In this document: piece by piece, positions 39,853 to 51,979 of the stretch
Layout of the letters: each line of letters opens with the position of its first letter
Numbering within the stretch: the first letter of the stretch is position 1
Assembly (NCBI RefSeq): GCF_000143415.4
Contig: NW_003314439.1
Coordinates: 3,337-67,336 of the forward strand
Length of the DNA: 64,000 nucleotides
Direction of reading: 5' to 3'
From: Selaginella moellendorffii
Lineage: Eukaryota > Plantae > Lycopodiophyta
Notes under the pieces: model-generated
Database searches by the model: none
The model's input: the letters and a program-made list of their open reading frames with translations, nothing else
What the model was told of the DNA's origin: nothing
Translations under genes and position numbers: made by a program

Positions 39853-41586
39853 TGTAAGCGACTAATTTTTCCATTATACTTTAGTCACTTAACCACACCT
39901 TTGACCACTTGGAGGAGTCTCATTCACAACCTTCTGAAGTCCAATTCAGGACTTGGGACTTGCTAGCCTCGAGGATGGCATCTATGCCACTCATCCCTTG
40001 CACTTAGTCCAAGTGCTCCACATGTCCGGTCCCAAAACCGACACCCAAAGGTACCACTGACATATCGGCCCGTTACGCTAAGGCCATGCCCATTCACCTT
40101 TGCCGCACTAGTGGTCCAATACCACTTGCATCACAATCCCGTCTCTCCAAGACTGGGCCAACCATCTGTGAGTGGTCATCCCAGATCCACTCCTTAGCAT
40201 TGTTAGGATGCCTACCGACAAGGGGAACAGCTTTCCCCAATATCCCTCTGTCAGTCCCCGCTAGGTCCCTTTTTGCCCTTGGCTGTGTTTGCCAACACTG
40301 CCACTGGGTCGAGGCCCACAGGCTTGACCACTAAGTCCCATGGTCCTCTGGGACTTCCTCACCACATGACCATATCCTTGGCCACCACACCAAAGGACTG
40401 CTCCTTTTCCTTTCTATAGTCTGGGACTTGGGGACAACACTTCAGAATACTGTGGCCTTACGCGAGCCACTTGGGTACTCTCCCCGCCTTCCACCTTTGG
40501 GTGCTCTAGCCATGGGCTTAGAGCGAGGTTCCGTTGAGCCACGCCTGGTATCCAAGTAGGTAGTGCCACCCACACTTGGACTGGGAGCATCGGCCAGTCG
40601 ATCTCTCGGGGGAACTAGAGCCGGCTTTTGAACACTTCACCAAGCTACCCCGCTTGTTGGTCTGTATTCACTCTAGTCTTGTATTTCCCAGTGGTCAGTT
40701 CATCACCCAACACTAGGTCTGGCCCTTCCTAGGCCAAACTGGCCTTTCCTAGCCAAACTGGCTCCACTGCAGTCCTCCCCCTTACTATACTTTTGGAGCT
40801 CACCAAACCCCCCAGGGTCTAGGAGACGAACGCTTTGGGCTTTCACCCTCTCAGACTCGGACTCGGACTCGGACTCGGACTCGGGCTCGGGCTCGGTCTC
40901 GGTCTCGGCCTCCGCCTCGGTCTCGGTCTCGGTCCCGGTCTCAGCCTCGGTCTCGGTCCCGGTCTCGGTTTCGGTCTCGGTCTCGGTCCCGGTCTCGGTT
41001 TCGGTCTCGGTCCCGGTCTCCGTCTCGACCTCGGACTCCATCTCGGGTCCTTCTCGGACTCCATCTCAGATTCCATCTCAGGTCCATCTCGGACTCCATC
41101 TCGGTCCATCTCGGACTCCATCTCGAACTCCATCTCGGACTCCACTTCGGACTCCATCTCGGACTCCACTTTGGACTCCACTTCGGACTCCATCTCGGAC
41201 TCCATCTCGGACTCCACCTCGGACTCCACCTCAGACTCCATCTCGGACTCCAACTCGGGTCCATCTCGGACTCCATCTCGGACTCCACCTCGGACTCCAC
41301 CTCGGACTCCATCTCGAACTCCAACTCGGGTCCATCTCGGACTCCATCTTGGACACTTCTACGTGTCATGTGTTGGTCCTTTTGGGTCCCTTTTTGGAGT
41401 CTCACTTATTGCTCGCTTCGTGCTTGTTCCTTGAGCACTTTGTTGGGAGTTCCACTCCCACTCTCGACCTTCCAAGTCGAAGCTTTTAGTCCAAACGTGT
41501 TACGCTCGTTTGGCTTTCGCTTCGGCCACTACCACGTGGCACCCTTTCCAGCTCCACTTTGGGGCCTAGGGATTTTGTGTCTCATA
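39853..41586. mobile_element. Nested 1734-bp insertion, probably a solo LTR, inside the gypsy integrase
   Basis: Perfect 5-bp TSD GTTGG (39848-39852 and 41587-41591); ends TGTAAG...TCATA; removing it restores DYLTRW|VEVSAL. Confidence 0.9.
40850..41352. repeat. Compound minisatellite, (CTCGGW)n changing into (CTCGGACTCCAY)n
   Basis: 6-bp and 12-bp tandem units directly visible. Confidence 0.95.
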
Positions 41587-42469
41587 GTTGGGTGGAAGTT
41601 AGTGCTCTTGCTAGCGCCTCTGCAACTGCAGTTAGATACTTCCTCCTCAATCGAGTGGTGTTCCAGCATTCTTGTCCAGAGCGGATTCTTTCGGATAATG
41701 GTCCTGCATTTATGGCTGAGGCATTTCATGTTTTGACGTCTTGGTTGGGGATACGCTACACTTTCACAAGTGCTTATCATCCACAATTAAACGGTCTGGT
41801 GGAATGGCTCGTTCGGACATTCAAGGGGATGATTGCAAAGTATGTGAACTTTCAGCATTCAGATTGGGATGGTTATTTGCCGTCTCTTCAGTATGCATAT
41901 GTCATAGGGGTGCAAAGTTTTGTTGGTGCTTCACCATATAAACTTCTATATGGTCATGATCCAATATTACCAACGGAGCTGGGTTTACCTTTGCGATTGC
42001 CACGAGCTACCGATGCTAGGTTATAGGATCAGTATTTGACGAGCATTCTTCCAGTTATCCGAGTAGAGTCTACCTAACATTTAGGCCACGTACAAGTGGA
42101 ACAACAATGGCGGTACAACTCTCATCATCATCCACCTGCAGAGTATAAAGTGGATGATTTGGTGTTAGTTTATTTTCCCCATCTTACGATACGTGGTTTA
42201 TCTAAGGGGCTCCTTGTGCAATGGAAAGGACCGTATTGGGTGTTGCGGCAAGTTGGACCATAAGTTTATGAGGTTCGGCATGACGTCTAGCAGGCCGATC
42301 CTATAAAGATTGTGCATGTGCAACGGTTGAAATGCTTCATAAAAAAGGATCAAGAGCAGTTAATACCACTTATAGATCCGTCGATACCTCCTCTTGACGT
42401 TCCTCTAGATCCTGGCCTATCTTCAAGAGAACCTTGATAGTCTTCCATTATTTTGAGAGGAGGGGATGA

Positions 42470-42645
42470 TGTGAGGGCCAAGTGTACGGCTACAATGCCG
42501 TATATTAATATTAGTGTAGTGGGATTTTGATAGCTATCGGATTGGTTTCAATTTGGGCCACTCGCTCTTATATATAAGTTAAGGTTTTTGGGCTAATTGA
42601 TATGCACATTTTCTGTATTTCCTTTCCATATTCCAAGCACTCACA
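42470..42645 (+). repeat. 3' LTR of the gypsy element
   Basis: Follows the PPT; about 88% identical to the 5' LTR by manual alignment. Confidence 0.95.
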
Positions 42646-42948
42646 TAGATAGATATATATTTATACCTATATAAAATATATAAAAATTTAAATTATAATA
42701 AAGTAAAATTTAATTTAATTTAATACATAATAAAATATATGCTAAAAATACTTTGAAAGACTTTTATACCCTTTGAATACACCTTTTTTTAAAGGTTTTT
42801 TTTAAAAATGATATCCTCAGGAATCCATCCAAGTTCTAAAAACATGCTCAACATATCAATTATTTACTTTTTCATATCTAATTATTTTTTCTCTTTAAAT
42901 TTTATCAATTTAAAATAAAATAAAATATATAATTTATAATAAGTTCTT

Positions 42949-42969
42949 ACACACACACACACACACACA
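42949..42969. repeat. (AC)n microsatellite
   Basis: Run of acacacac... Confidence 0.85.
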
Positions 42970-43728
42970 GATATATATATGAAATAAAATTCTACCATTA
43001 GCAATAAACTAGTCCAATGAAGTGCTGCTGAATATTATAGTTTCTACCCAGTTATTTCTAGCTTGCAGTTACAAAAGTATAAACCATAATATATGCTATA
43101 GCTCATTATTTGGGCTAAATCGAGGGAAGTACTATTTCCATTTATTTTCTTGCATTGACCAACTTGTATTTTAGTTCATGTGAGATACACAGGCCCTGTG
43201 CAAGAAGCACGATATCTACCGAAGGGAGCAACCACCAAAGTTCCATTCATGTTGGCAATGCAAATGCTGATAACAGCAGAAACAGATTTGGCCCCGCAGG
43301 TTGCTATCAAGTTATCATCATAATACGTGCTCATCATTAAGTTTGAGCACATCCCTAATCCACCACACATGCAAACCCAAAGTTAACTACAAAAGCAAAT
43401 TTCTTATAATTATACTCACTGCATTTGCTTGTTGAATTGCCTAAACTAAAATGAACACCAGAAGAGCAAATACATATAACATTCTCTGAGATTTGATTTG
43501 ATAATATACTGTTTACATTGATATTAACAGTCTTAATTTTCTGGCTGATTTTCCGAGGATTTTTGTGTGTAAATTTTACATAACAATGACAACGCTCCAA
43601 ACCAATGAACGAACACAGGCCATGAAATATTCTTGGAATAGTCCCTTGGTTCGTGAATTAAAATTTTAAAAAATAGCGTATATTCTAGTAGTATCGTTGG
43701 AGGTTTTTCATTTGGTCGATCCAGGGCA

Positions 43729-45963
43729 ATGCAGCTTCTCCGGGCGCTATGGCTTCTCTCTGCGCTGCTGTTGCTACTCCTATTGCCGCTTGGGATTCAC
43801 GGCTTGGAGAGCGTCGATCGCGATGCTCTAGAGGAAGAGGATTTGGATCTGGAAGACGAGGATCTCGACACAGTGGAAGGCCCCAGGAGCGATGTGGCTA
43901 TGAATTTCGTGGCCGATCTCACAGATGAGAGCGCGCCGCGCGTGATTTCGTCGCGGGAGTATGTTCTTCTTCTAGGGTACGCGAGCTGGTGTAGCAGGAG
44001 CGCGGCGCTGCTGCCGGAATTCGCAGCAGCAGCATTGGATCTTGCTGGCTATGGCGATGGCAATGGCGCCATTGTCTTTGCCAAGATCGATGCCATTGCG
44101 AATCCAAAGACCGCCAAGCTCTACAATATCAAGGGATTCCCGACAGTGCTCTTCTTTGTCAATGGATCTGTCCAGCAAGCATACTCGGGAGGTGACTCTA
44201 AGTCGGTAAATTTTCCTCTTTCTCGTTCTTTTTGTTCTTCCTCTTTCATGCTCTAAACTAAAAAGAGATTTTTCTGACCAGGGAGGAGATTATCGACTGG
44301 GTGAGAAAGAAAACTGGCTCGCCAGCCTCTACAGTGGTCTCAACGAAAGACGCGGAAAATTTTCTCGCGAATAGTTCTGTCATTGTGGCCGGATTTTTCG
44401 ACAAATTTGAGGTGAGCTTTGTCCTCCTGCTTACGTAGTTTGCTGGATTTATCAAGTTTTGTCCAGGGAGATGACTACAAGAGCTTTATCGGAGCTGCAA
44501 AGCAGGAAGTTGGCACACCGTTTATCCAAACAAACAGCCTCAATGTGGCGCAGACATTTCATTCGAGTATTCGTAAACCACCGATGGTGTGGATACAGAA
44601 GAATGAGCCCGAGTTTTATGTTCCTTTCGGTAAGACCAATTCTCAATCTTCATTCTCAATCGAGACAAATGCTTGTTTCAGATGGAACTTTTAGTGCACA
44701 AAATCTCCTGGATTTTGTCGAGCTCAACAAGTTCCCTGTCGTTGTAAGGATGACGTCTAAGAATGCTGCCAGAATAAACTCCAGTCCTCTTAAGCTTCAG
44801 GTTTGATTGTTTTTTTCCTTTGCGTGTCATTTTCAAATCCCTGTGCAGGTGTTACTGTTTGCAAATGAAATCGACGTGAAAACTGTGTTGCCTCTGTTTG
44901 AGGACGCTGCAATGGCATTCAAGGGCAAGGTACTGTGCTTTGAGTCTGTTAAAAAGTTCTTGAGAGCTAGCTTATCCTTTCGCAGTTGATCTTTCTCGTG
45001 GTAGAAAACAGTGACATAGACTTTGCAATGCCATTTCTCTCGATGTACGGGGTTCAACCTGAGAAGCCTGTTGTGAGTTTTGATCTCGTTTTGTCATTTC
45101 ACATTGTATCTAATACGGCCGTACAACAGATCGTTGCCTTCAACTATGACAATGGCCAAAAATTTCTTCTGGAGGAAGATATCAATCTGCAGAACATTCT
45201 GGTTCGTAATGATAGTATATTCACGAAGTGTTGCATTTCTAACAGCATTGTATGTCCAGGCTTTCTGCCAGAATTTGTTGTCTGGAGATCTTACACAACA
45301 CTATAAATCAGAGCCTATCCCTTCCAAGGTACTGAGACTTTAATCGTGGTTGTCTTGACGGTCGTGGATTTGTGCAGGACGAGAGAGATCTACGAATTGT
45401 TGTTGGGAAAACGTTCGAGAAGATTGTTCTTGATGATTCCAAAGACGTCTTTCTCCAGGTTGGATGTTTTCTTATTTTTACGTCCACTCTTTTGTCTAAG
45501 AGGCTCATGCTTTCGATCACAGATAACTAGCCCATGGTGCGGAATGTGCGAGACAGCCAACAAAACAGTAGCTAAACTCGCGACGTTTTTCAAAGGCATT
45601 CCATCCCTTGTCATAGCGCAGATTGACGCATCTTCAAATGAGCACCCCAAGCTAGAGGTAATATTTTCAAAGTGTAGCCTATTCTTGTTTCTCACCTTCG
45701 TTTTTCCCTTGATAGGTGACGACTTATCCAGCATTTTTGTTCTACCCCGCGGGCCAGAAAAACCAACCTGTAAGTCCAATTCCCTTTTACAAACTCGGTG
45801 TAACTCCTTGCCACAGATCACCGCTCACGCAAAGACAAACTTAAAAGGCCTGGTCCAGTTTGTGAAGAAACACGCAGCCATTCCTTTTGCAATGCCAACG
45901 ACACAGCACACCAAAACCAAAACGAGCTCTACATCATCACCCCCTGATAAAGACGAGCTGTAG
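43729..45963 (+). CDS. Protein disulfide isomerase-like protein, PDIL1-5/1-6 type
   Basis: Signal peptide, acidic segment, active sites WCSRS and WCGMC, KGFPT, KSEPIP, C-terminal KDEL. Confidence 0.93.
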
Positions 45964-47284
45964 CGAAAACTCCAACGCTGCAATGTGGTAAATAGCAAAG
46001 CTGCTCTCCGGTAAGACGAGAGAAGCGGTAAGCTAAACGACAAGCATAGCTTTTTGTTTCTTCCAAGCTTGAACAGTGGTGTGAGTTACTGCTAAACACT
46101 TACTTCCAGAGAACGCTTACTTCAATTTGTTTTTAATTCCTCCAGAAGAAGCATGATAGTAAACTCCCGAGCATGCTCGCGTACAGGAGCTCGAGTCGCT
46201 GCTCAATCAAAGGCTTTTGCAGTTCACTGCATTCGCAAGATTAAGGACTTCGTCACAGCTGCGAAGATATAAGGTGTCCGAGATAATGGCTTGGATCTCC
46301 AATGAGGAAGAAGGAAACTTCTGATATCTTTCAACCTCCATAACCTTCAGCATAAACATTTAAGAACATATAGCCTCCAATCGTTAGAGACAAAAGCCTT
46401 ACCACACTGTGCTTATCAAATCTTAATGAAGGAAAGTTTTGCTCTAGCTCCAATGCTGCTTAGTTGAGGAGTGCTTGGCAGTGTCACCATAGCTTCCACA
46501 AACGTCCCTCCCATTGCCCCTTTTGCCAGTCGACCGGGATTTAGAAGCAACGTAGTGAGCTTCTCTGTGCGTGGCTAGCTTCACACCAGGCGTGTAGCTT
46601 AAAGACTGCAAAAGAAAAACCACGAAAATCACGTCAGTGAGATACTTGAAACTTCTACCTTGACGAAAGGGACCAAGTCCGACGATAGAACGATGATATC
46701 TGGCGTGCAAGGGAAGTCCAAAGCGCTGGGATTGACAGCGAGGTTCAAACAAGTGCCTAAAGCTGGCGGAAACAATGGATAAAAGCTGGACGAAAAGCAA
46801 TACAAGAGTCAGTGTTAAGGTAGATTTTTGGAGCAAGCTTTTGATACCCTCTTTGGCCAACAAGCTGTGCTCCCAGCCTCGACATTCTATCGCTGGAGGT
46901 GCCCGGTGGATTTCGAGCCGCTTCTTCACTGCTTAGATGTCGAAGGATATCTGTTGTGCAGCAGCCAATGGATACCTCATCCAGGCGAAACACACTTGGA
47001 TTCGGCAGTAGAGATATCTGGAAAATGCGACCAAAACTTAGTCTGAGAAAACAGATTTTTTAGGTACCTGCTGGGATGAATCTTCAAACATGAAACTATT
47101 AAAAGGAGGCTGCCAGCAGGAAAAAAACAAAAGTTAAGAGATTGAGAAACTCATCGGTGAGAGTACCTGAGGAAAAATTCGATCGTGAAACACGTCGCGT
47201 GTGGAGGGAATCAGTATAACCCTCGCCCCTGCTCCTAGAAACTGGCAGTAATCCTCTAGCTATACACATTGAGAAACCGTGAAT
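45726..47284. repeat. Segmental duplication copy A (PDI 3' end plus POLA2 3' end)
   Basis: Near-identical to 55474-57015. Confidence 0.95.
46416..47284 (-). pseudogene. POLA2: POLA2 pseudogene, 3' part (continues at 50380-50631)
   Basis: Duplicate of 56141-57015 with an 11-nt frameshifting deletion near 46577; interrupted by an insertion. Confidence 0.88.
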
Positions 47285-48054
47285 GGCCAAATAGGTGCGT
47301 TAGTTTTTGCGTTTCTTTTGTTTGGTTTGTGGATTGCCAAAGTTTTACTTCGACCGAGGGAATTTCTACGACTTCACTTCCTTGGGTGTGTGAGTTTGTT
47401 TTTTGCTCTAGATTGTCATCTGATACTTCCCTTTCGTGTTTTACAGTGAGGGAGCTCGATGTTCCGGGTGTGATTCACGAGAGGAAAATCTATCCTTTCG
47501 AGTTTTCGTCAGTGGAAATGCAGGCTCAGGTATACATTCACGGCTTGGATATTTTTTGTAATGGATTGTTTTGCCAGATATGTTCTTAAGGTGACTATAA
47601 CTCGCAGCTACGTACCTAAGATTGTGGAATACTGGGTAATGAGATACTTGTGGAGAAACATTCATCGCTCTTACGCTTTGTTTTTACCAGGTTCAAAAAC
47701 TTCTAGTGCACCCCGACGTGAACAACAGTATCAAGGTGAAAACTTCGATAATTTTCTTTTTAAAAAAGGTTTTTCTCTTTGTCGGCATCGAGGATTGCTT
47801 GCATATCGAATACGAGTACAGTAAGAGCAAGTGCGTTTCGAATACGTGGAAACATGCTTTGTGTCAACTGAGCGTGAGTGCTTTTTCTGTGCCAGATTCC
47901 ACTTAAAGGATGTAATCGTCGGGAAGATTTACTTTCTTCTGGTCCGCATATCGAGATTAGAAAGTGCGAGTCGACCGGCTCAGGTGCCAACGCTTACAAC
48001 AAAAGTGAAACACTTGCAAAGTTCGAAATCATGGATGGAGTGCCTGTCCGTGGT
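47285..48054 (+). pseudogene. VPS26: VPS26 (retromer subunit) fragment, middle exons with introns
   Basis: GQI|..YFDRGNFYDFTSL|VRELDVPG..YPFEF..YVLKVTI..NNSIK..VGIEDCLHIEYEYSKSK|FHLKDVIVGKIYFLLVRI..ETLAKFEIMDGVPVRG. Confidence 0.9.
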
Positions 48055-48064
48055 GAGAACTTCA

Positions 48065-48348
48065 AGTCTTCAAGAGCATCGGATCTCAGCACAGACGTGT
48101 ACACGCACCTCTGCTTTGCGTTCGCGAGTGTCAACAGCACAACTTTCTGGGTGGAAATCCCGGTGGAGAACATCGATATCGCGCGACAGTGTACGAGCCT
48201 GGTCAGGAGCAAGAATCCGCTCATCAAGACCCTCCTCTCGATAGGTGGCGCCGGGGCCAACACGACGTTCTTCTCGCAGAGGGCGAGCAACAGTTCCAGC
48301 AGGGGCGAATTCGTGCGGAGTAGCATTGCCTTGGCACGAAGTTACTGG
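48065..48348 (+). pseudogene. GH18 (class V) chitinase fragment
   Basis: YTHLCFAFA..KNPLIKTLLSIGG..SRGEFVRSSIALARSY; ends before the catalytic DxDxE motif. Confidence 0.85.
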
Positions 48349-48504
48349 TAAGTTAACACTATCTTCCGGAGTTCTTGGAACAATAGATCTAACTTTGTGT
48401 GATCACTTTCCGGCATGGGTACGAATCACCCATTCGTACACGTATACACGCCACATCAACAGTGACATGTCATCAAAGATTAGAGTTAGGGTGGCACATT
48501 AGCA

Positions 48505-49864
48505 GTGGGAAATGGCATGTGTGTGTGCGTCAGATGTAGTAGCAAGGGCGCTAGAAAAGAGGAAAAGCTCAGAAGTAGAAGAAAAGCAGATTGTCCAGCT
48601 TCTCAATGGTTTCAAGCTCAAAAACGACAAAAAAGTGGAGGCAAAACAGGAATTGAAGGACTGAATGAAGGATTCAAGCACACAGTTGTAAGGTACCTAC
48701 AAGTAAGTGCGTCAGGGGTTGGCCATGGGCCCTTTATTGTTGCAGAGACTGTGTCCTATGGCTCTTGGGAGATCTGGTCTCTTTCAATGGAGACTTGTTG
48801 GAGATTAAGATTCTTTTACGAGCTCAAGGGAGGAGAGTTTGGGACAGTTTATCTCTTCGGTGACCCTTCCAGTTTGCATGAGGCAACAGCTTCGTGGTTT
48901 GTTCTAGAAGTGGCGGAACAAGCAGCTAACTTCTTTGTGACTCATTTTCCAGCAAAGGATGTGCCAAGGTTCTGTGAATTGGTATTTGTTGTAGGCAGCA
49001 CCACTTTTAAGTTAGTAAATGGATCTCACAAAGAACTAAACGTCCTTTTCGAATATATCTAACTTGAACACTTTGGTGCAAAGGGCATTAAGGATGTGGT
49101 GAATAAGATGGGGACACCCAGTCTCAATTGCTATGGATCCTTGGCCGGAAGGGCTGGCTTGGGCGCACTGCCAAGTGTGGGGGATGCACCCGGGGTCATA
49201 ATCAACAATTTAAAAGGGTCTGGAAGACCTAGTACCTATTAGCAGAGTACTTAAGGTGTGCTATCAAGGTTGTATACAAAAATAAGAATGTGGAAACGCT
49301 CAAAGCAAAGTGGGAACAAGTTAGATGCCATTTGGCGGTTGGGATTAAAATTGAGTCAAAGAGAATTTCAAATGCTCTACATGTCAAACTTAATTGCTTC
49401 TGGAAAGAAGCTAAGAAGAGGCTCAAAAACAGTCCGAAAGTGTGCTCCAAGGATAATAGAGACAAATTCCATTTGAAGTTCCTGTTGAGCTAGTTGTTTG
49501 CAAATGTTGAGCCGAAGCATGACTTTCTCGTGGAGTGGGATCTCTATGAACTCCAAAAGCACATTATGACTGCCCTCTTCAGAGAGTACCAGGGGAACAA
49601 GATCATTATTGACGGGCTGCCAATGAACCCCAAGATCGATGACAAGCTTTATTGTAGCTGCTGGGGGAGAGACGATGGGAGAAAAATGATTCTCTATGAC
49701 AATGCCAAGGTAAGTTTTCATTATAATTGCTAGAACTAATTCTTTGGTTTTTGCAGTGTAAGGTTGGATGGTACCATTTGGATTGTGTGGGGTTTGCGGA
49801 CGATGAACCACTTGATGACGTCATCTTCTACTGTCAACAGTGTCTAGCTATAATGTGGAAGTGA
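48505..49864 (+). pseudogene. Decayed Uma2-like nuclease-PHD finger gene
   Basis: GPFIVA..CWRL..GDPSSLH, VVYKN..LAVGIKI and VEWDLYELQKHI align with the 51232-51957 protein; followed by LYCSC..MILYDNAK|CKVGWYHLDCVG..YCQQC; contains stops and frameshifts. Confidence 0.75.
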
Positions 49865-50109
49865 GGCGAGGACTCAAAATACACTGAAAATTCGTTCCAT
49901 GCATAGGTGGCGGAGATAGATATGATCAAAGAGTGAAACTCTATACTTCTTCCTAGAAAGACAAACCTTAATGTTCTGAACGTACATGATAAAAGCACAT
50001 TAGCCCTAGATGCTTCGAATATTCTCTATTTCTGTGAGCTAGAGTGCGAAAGAGCAAGGGCACGAGAGGGCGGCAGCAATGCAGAGCCTCTTCGTGGGAG
50101 CATTTGGTC

Positions 50110-50372
50110 AGCTGTGTGTCATCTCGATCGATCTCTCCGACATGGAGTCACGCAAGCAGGTCTGAACTGTGCCTTTGCTCTTTCTTAATCTTTGGTCTTT
50201 CCCAGGCGAGCATCAAGAAGGAGAATGGCCAAATAGGGATGGTTACTGCCGTGTTACTGGCGAGGGTGGTTGGATCATCCTTGTTTCCCAATTTTTAGTA
50301 ATTCTTTTTTTTCTGTTTAGGTGCGTATCGATCCCCTTCCCGGCCGGAAATCGAGCATCAAGGACTGAAATA
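50110..50372 (+). pseudogene. VPS26: VPS26 fragment, N-terminal exons
   Basis: CVISIDLSDMESRKQ|ASIKKENGQ..|VRIDPLPGRK..EHQGLK with GT-AG introns. Confidence 0.8.
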
Positions 50373-50379
50373 CTCTACC

Positions 50380-50631
50380 AACTCTATCAGTGATTCCCTG
50401 CTTGACGTGGGGATGCTCGGCATCAAAAAATAGTCCCATCTAGCAAAAGAGAGAGTAGAACACATGAATATCCATCTATATAAAATTCTCTCACCAGCAA
50501 TAGAACGTTTGGTCTTTTATTCCTAGCGTAGGCTAGTAACTCCATCAAAGGCTCAAACGAAAGGTTGTCACTTGTTGTAAAAGGACCTGACGCAACAATC
50601 TATAAACGCAAAGATTAGTCAGCCTCACTGC
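50380..50631 (-). pseudogene. POLA2: Displaced internal piece of the POLA2 pseudogene
   Basis: Near-identical to about 57089-57341. Confidence 0.9.
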
Positions 50632-51231
50632 AAATGGAGGATAGTAGGGATTGTGGCGTTTGAGAGTTCGACCCCTCGGTGGACTGTGAATGCCGCAGCC
50701 GGGCATTTGGTGCGGAGACGATCTCAGAGGAGGGCGGGTTCCAGAAGAGCGATTTGGCGTCGAGGAGGGCGTCGCTCTTAGCATTGGAGTGGGAGGTGAT
50801 CGCCGCGGGGCTGCAGGAGGCAGATTTATGGACGACCTTGGAGAGATTTGACAGAGACCTGGAGCAAGTTGTGAACTTGGTCGTACCAAACAACGGAGAA
50901 AACACGATCTAACTAGGAAAAGCAAAAGCAGAAGCTTACCATTTATCTAAGGGTACTACGCTGCAGCCGCGAGCCAACCTTGTGCTGGACCATTGCGGAG
51001 GCGAGGTGATGAGCTCAGCAGGGTGGCAGTCGTTCTTTTTGTTTGGAACGCAGAAGCAAAGAGCTCCAGACACAAAGCTCAGTTGGGTTTTGCTCTCTCG
51101 ACACTTCCTAGTTCTTCTCCATGCCACAAATCTCTGTCGTGCAAGTCCAACCTATCCTCTTTCCTCTCTTGCAGCAGCGTATTGCTAAGATATTTTTGCT
51201 CGATCTCACTTTTTGATTGAAATTCTAGGAT

Positions 51232-51957
51232 TTACAGCAGAGACTCCTGCTCAAAAGCTTGACGCTCTTGCTCGATCATACGAACTATATACTGCTGCAA
51301 CCAAAACAGATCAAACTCAACGTAGTAGTCACCCTTCACATCAGCAGTGAAAGACGACACTGGAAACTTCACCACAAAGAGCTCTCGATTCTGCTCGTTG
51401 CAAAACTCAGGCCCAAACTGGATCTCCATCGCATCGTTGCCTCTCTCCCTGGCTACAAACGTAAACTCGTCACCAGGCCGCGCAATCTTCACCCCGATCG
51501 CCACCAAGCAGCCCGACTCCACCCACAGATCCAAAACCTCCCTTAAAACTTCCAGTGGCTCGTTCTTGTACGCCACCTCCAACACCGCCCGCGCTGGCTG
51601 CGCAAGCGACGACCCAGAGAAGAAGCAAGCGTCCGGTTCCTTGTCGCCGGAGATGGTCCGGAGGCGAGATGCTCCAGCGCCAGTGATCACTTGTGGAAGA
51701 GAGGCTAGACCAATGCCCGGAATCTGGATGATGTGAAAGATGATGGAGCGCTCTAGCGCAGATGACACGGTGCTGTGGACTATTGACGGATCCCCATAGG
51801 CCAAAACCTCACCCCTCCTGTACTCTAGCCTCCAAGTCGAGTCGCAGCTACACATCCAGGCGTGGTACACCACCCATGGGACATTTGTGGCCACGAGAAA
51901 TGGCCCCGGCTGCCCTCTGCTGTAGGCGGCAATCGCTTGCTTCGATAAACCGTCCAT
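51232..51957 (-). CDS. Intronless Uma2/DUF820-like PD-(D/E)XK endonuclease-fold protein (241 aa from the ATG at 51957)
   Basis: RLEY..GE, PS..H, KEPD and VLEVA motifs in the order typical of Uma2-family proteins; uninterrupted ORF. Confidence 0.75.
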   Translation of the reverse strand: MDGLSKQAIAAYSRGQPGPFLVATNVPWVVYHAWMCSCDSTWRLEYRRGEVLAYGDPSIVHSTVSSALERSIIFHIIQIPGIGLASLPQVITGAGASRLRTISGDKEPDACFFSGSSLAQPARAVLEVAYKNEPLEVLREVLDLWVESGCLVAIGVKIARPGDEFTFVARERGNDAMEIQFGPEFCNEQNRELFVVKFPVSSFTADVKGDYYVEFDLFWLQQYIVRMIEQERQAFEQESLL

Positions 51958-51979
51958 GAAACCCTTAAGTTTTAGGGTT

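Larger units (their letters stand above)
36325..42645 (+). mobile_element. Degenerate Ty3/gypsy LTR retrotransposon (gag, protease, RT, RNase H, integrase)
   Basis: Two 176-bp TG..CA LTRs; PBS tggtggagat at 36502; PPT gagaggaggggatga; RT motifs MPFGLNNA and FIDDVLI; RNase H VDASD; integrase SDNG; many stops. Confidence 0.95.

Noticed and set aside
40703-41434. ORFs rich in ET/ES/SD/PR dipeptides, and a superficial resemblance to a CRISPR array
   Set aside because: They are translations of a 6/12-bp minisatellite inside an LTR-like insert; there are no unique spacers or cas genes and the DNA is eukaryotic
43975-45560. Non-canonical PDI active sites (CSRS, CGMC)
   Set aside because: Typical of the known PDIL1-5/1-6 subfamily, so not novel
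50632-51190. Coding-like fragments between the POLA2 piece and the Uma2-like gene
   Set aside because: Short, broken, and not assignable to any family from sequence alone
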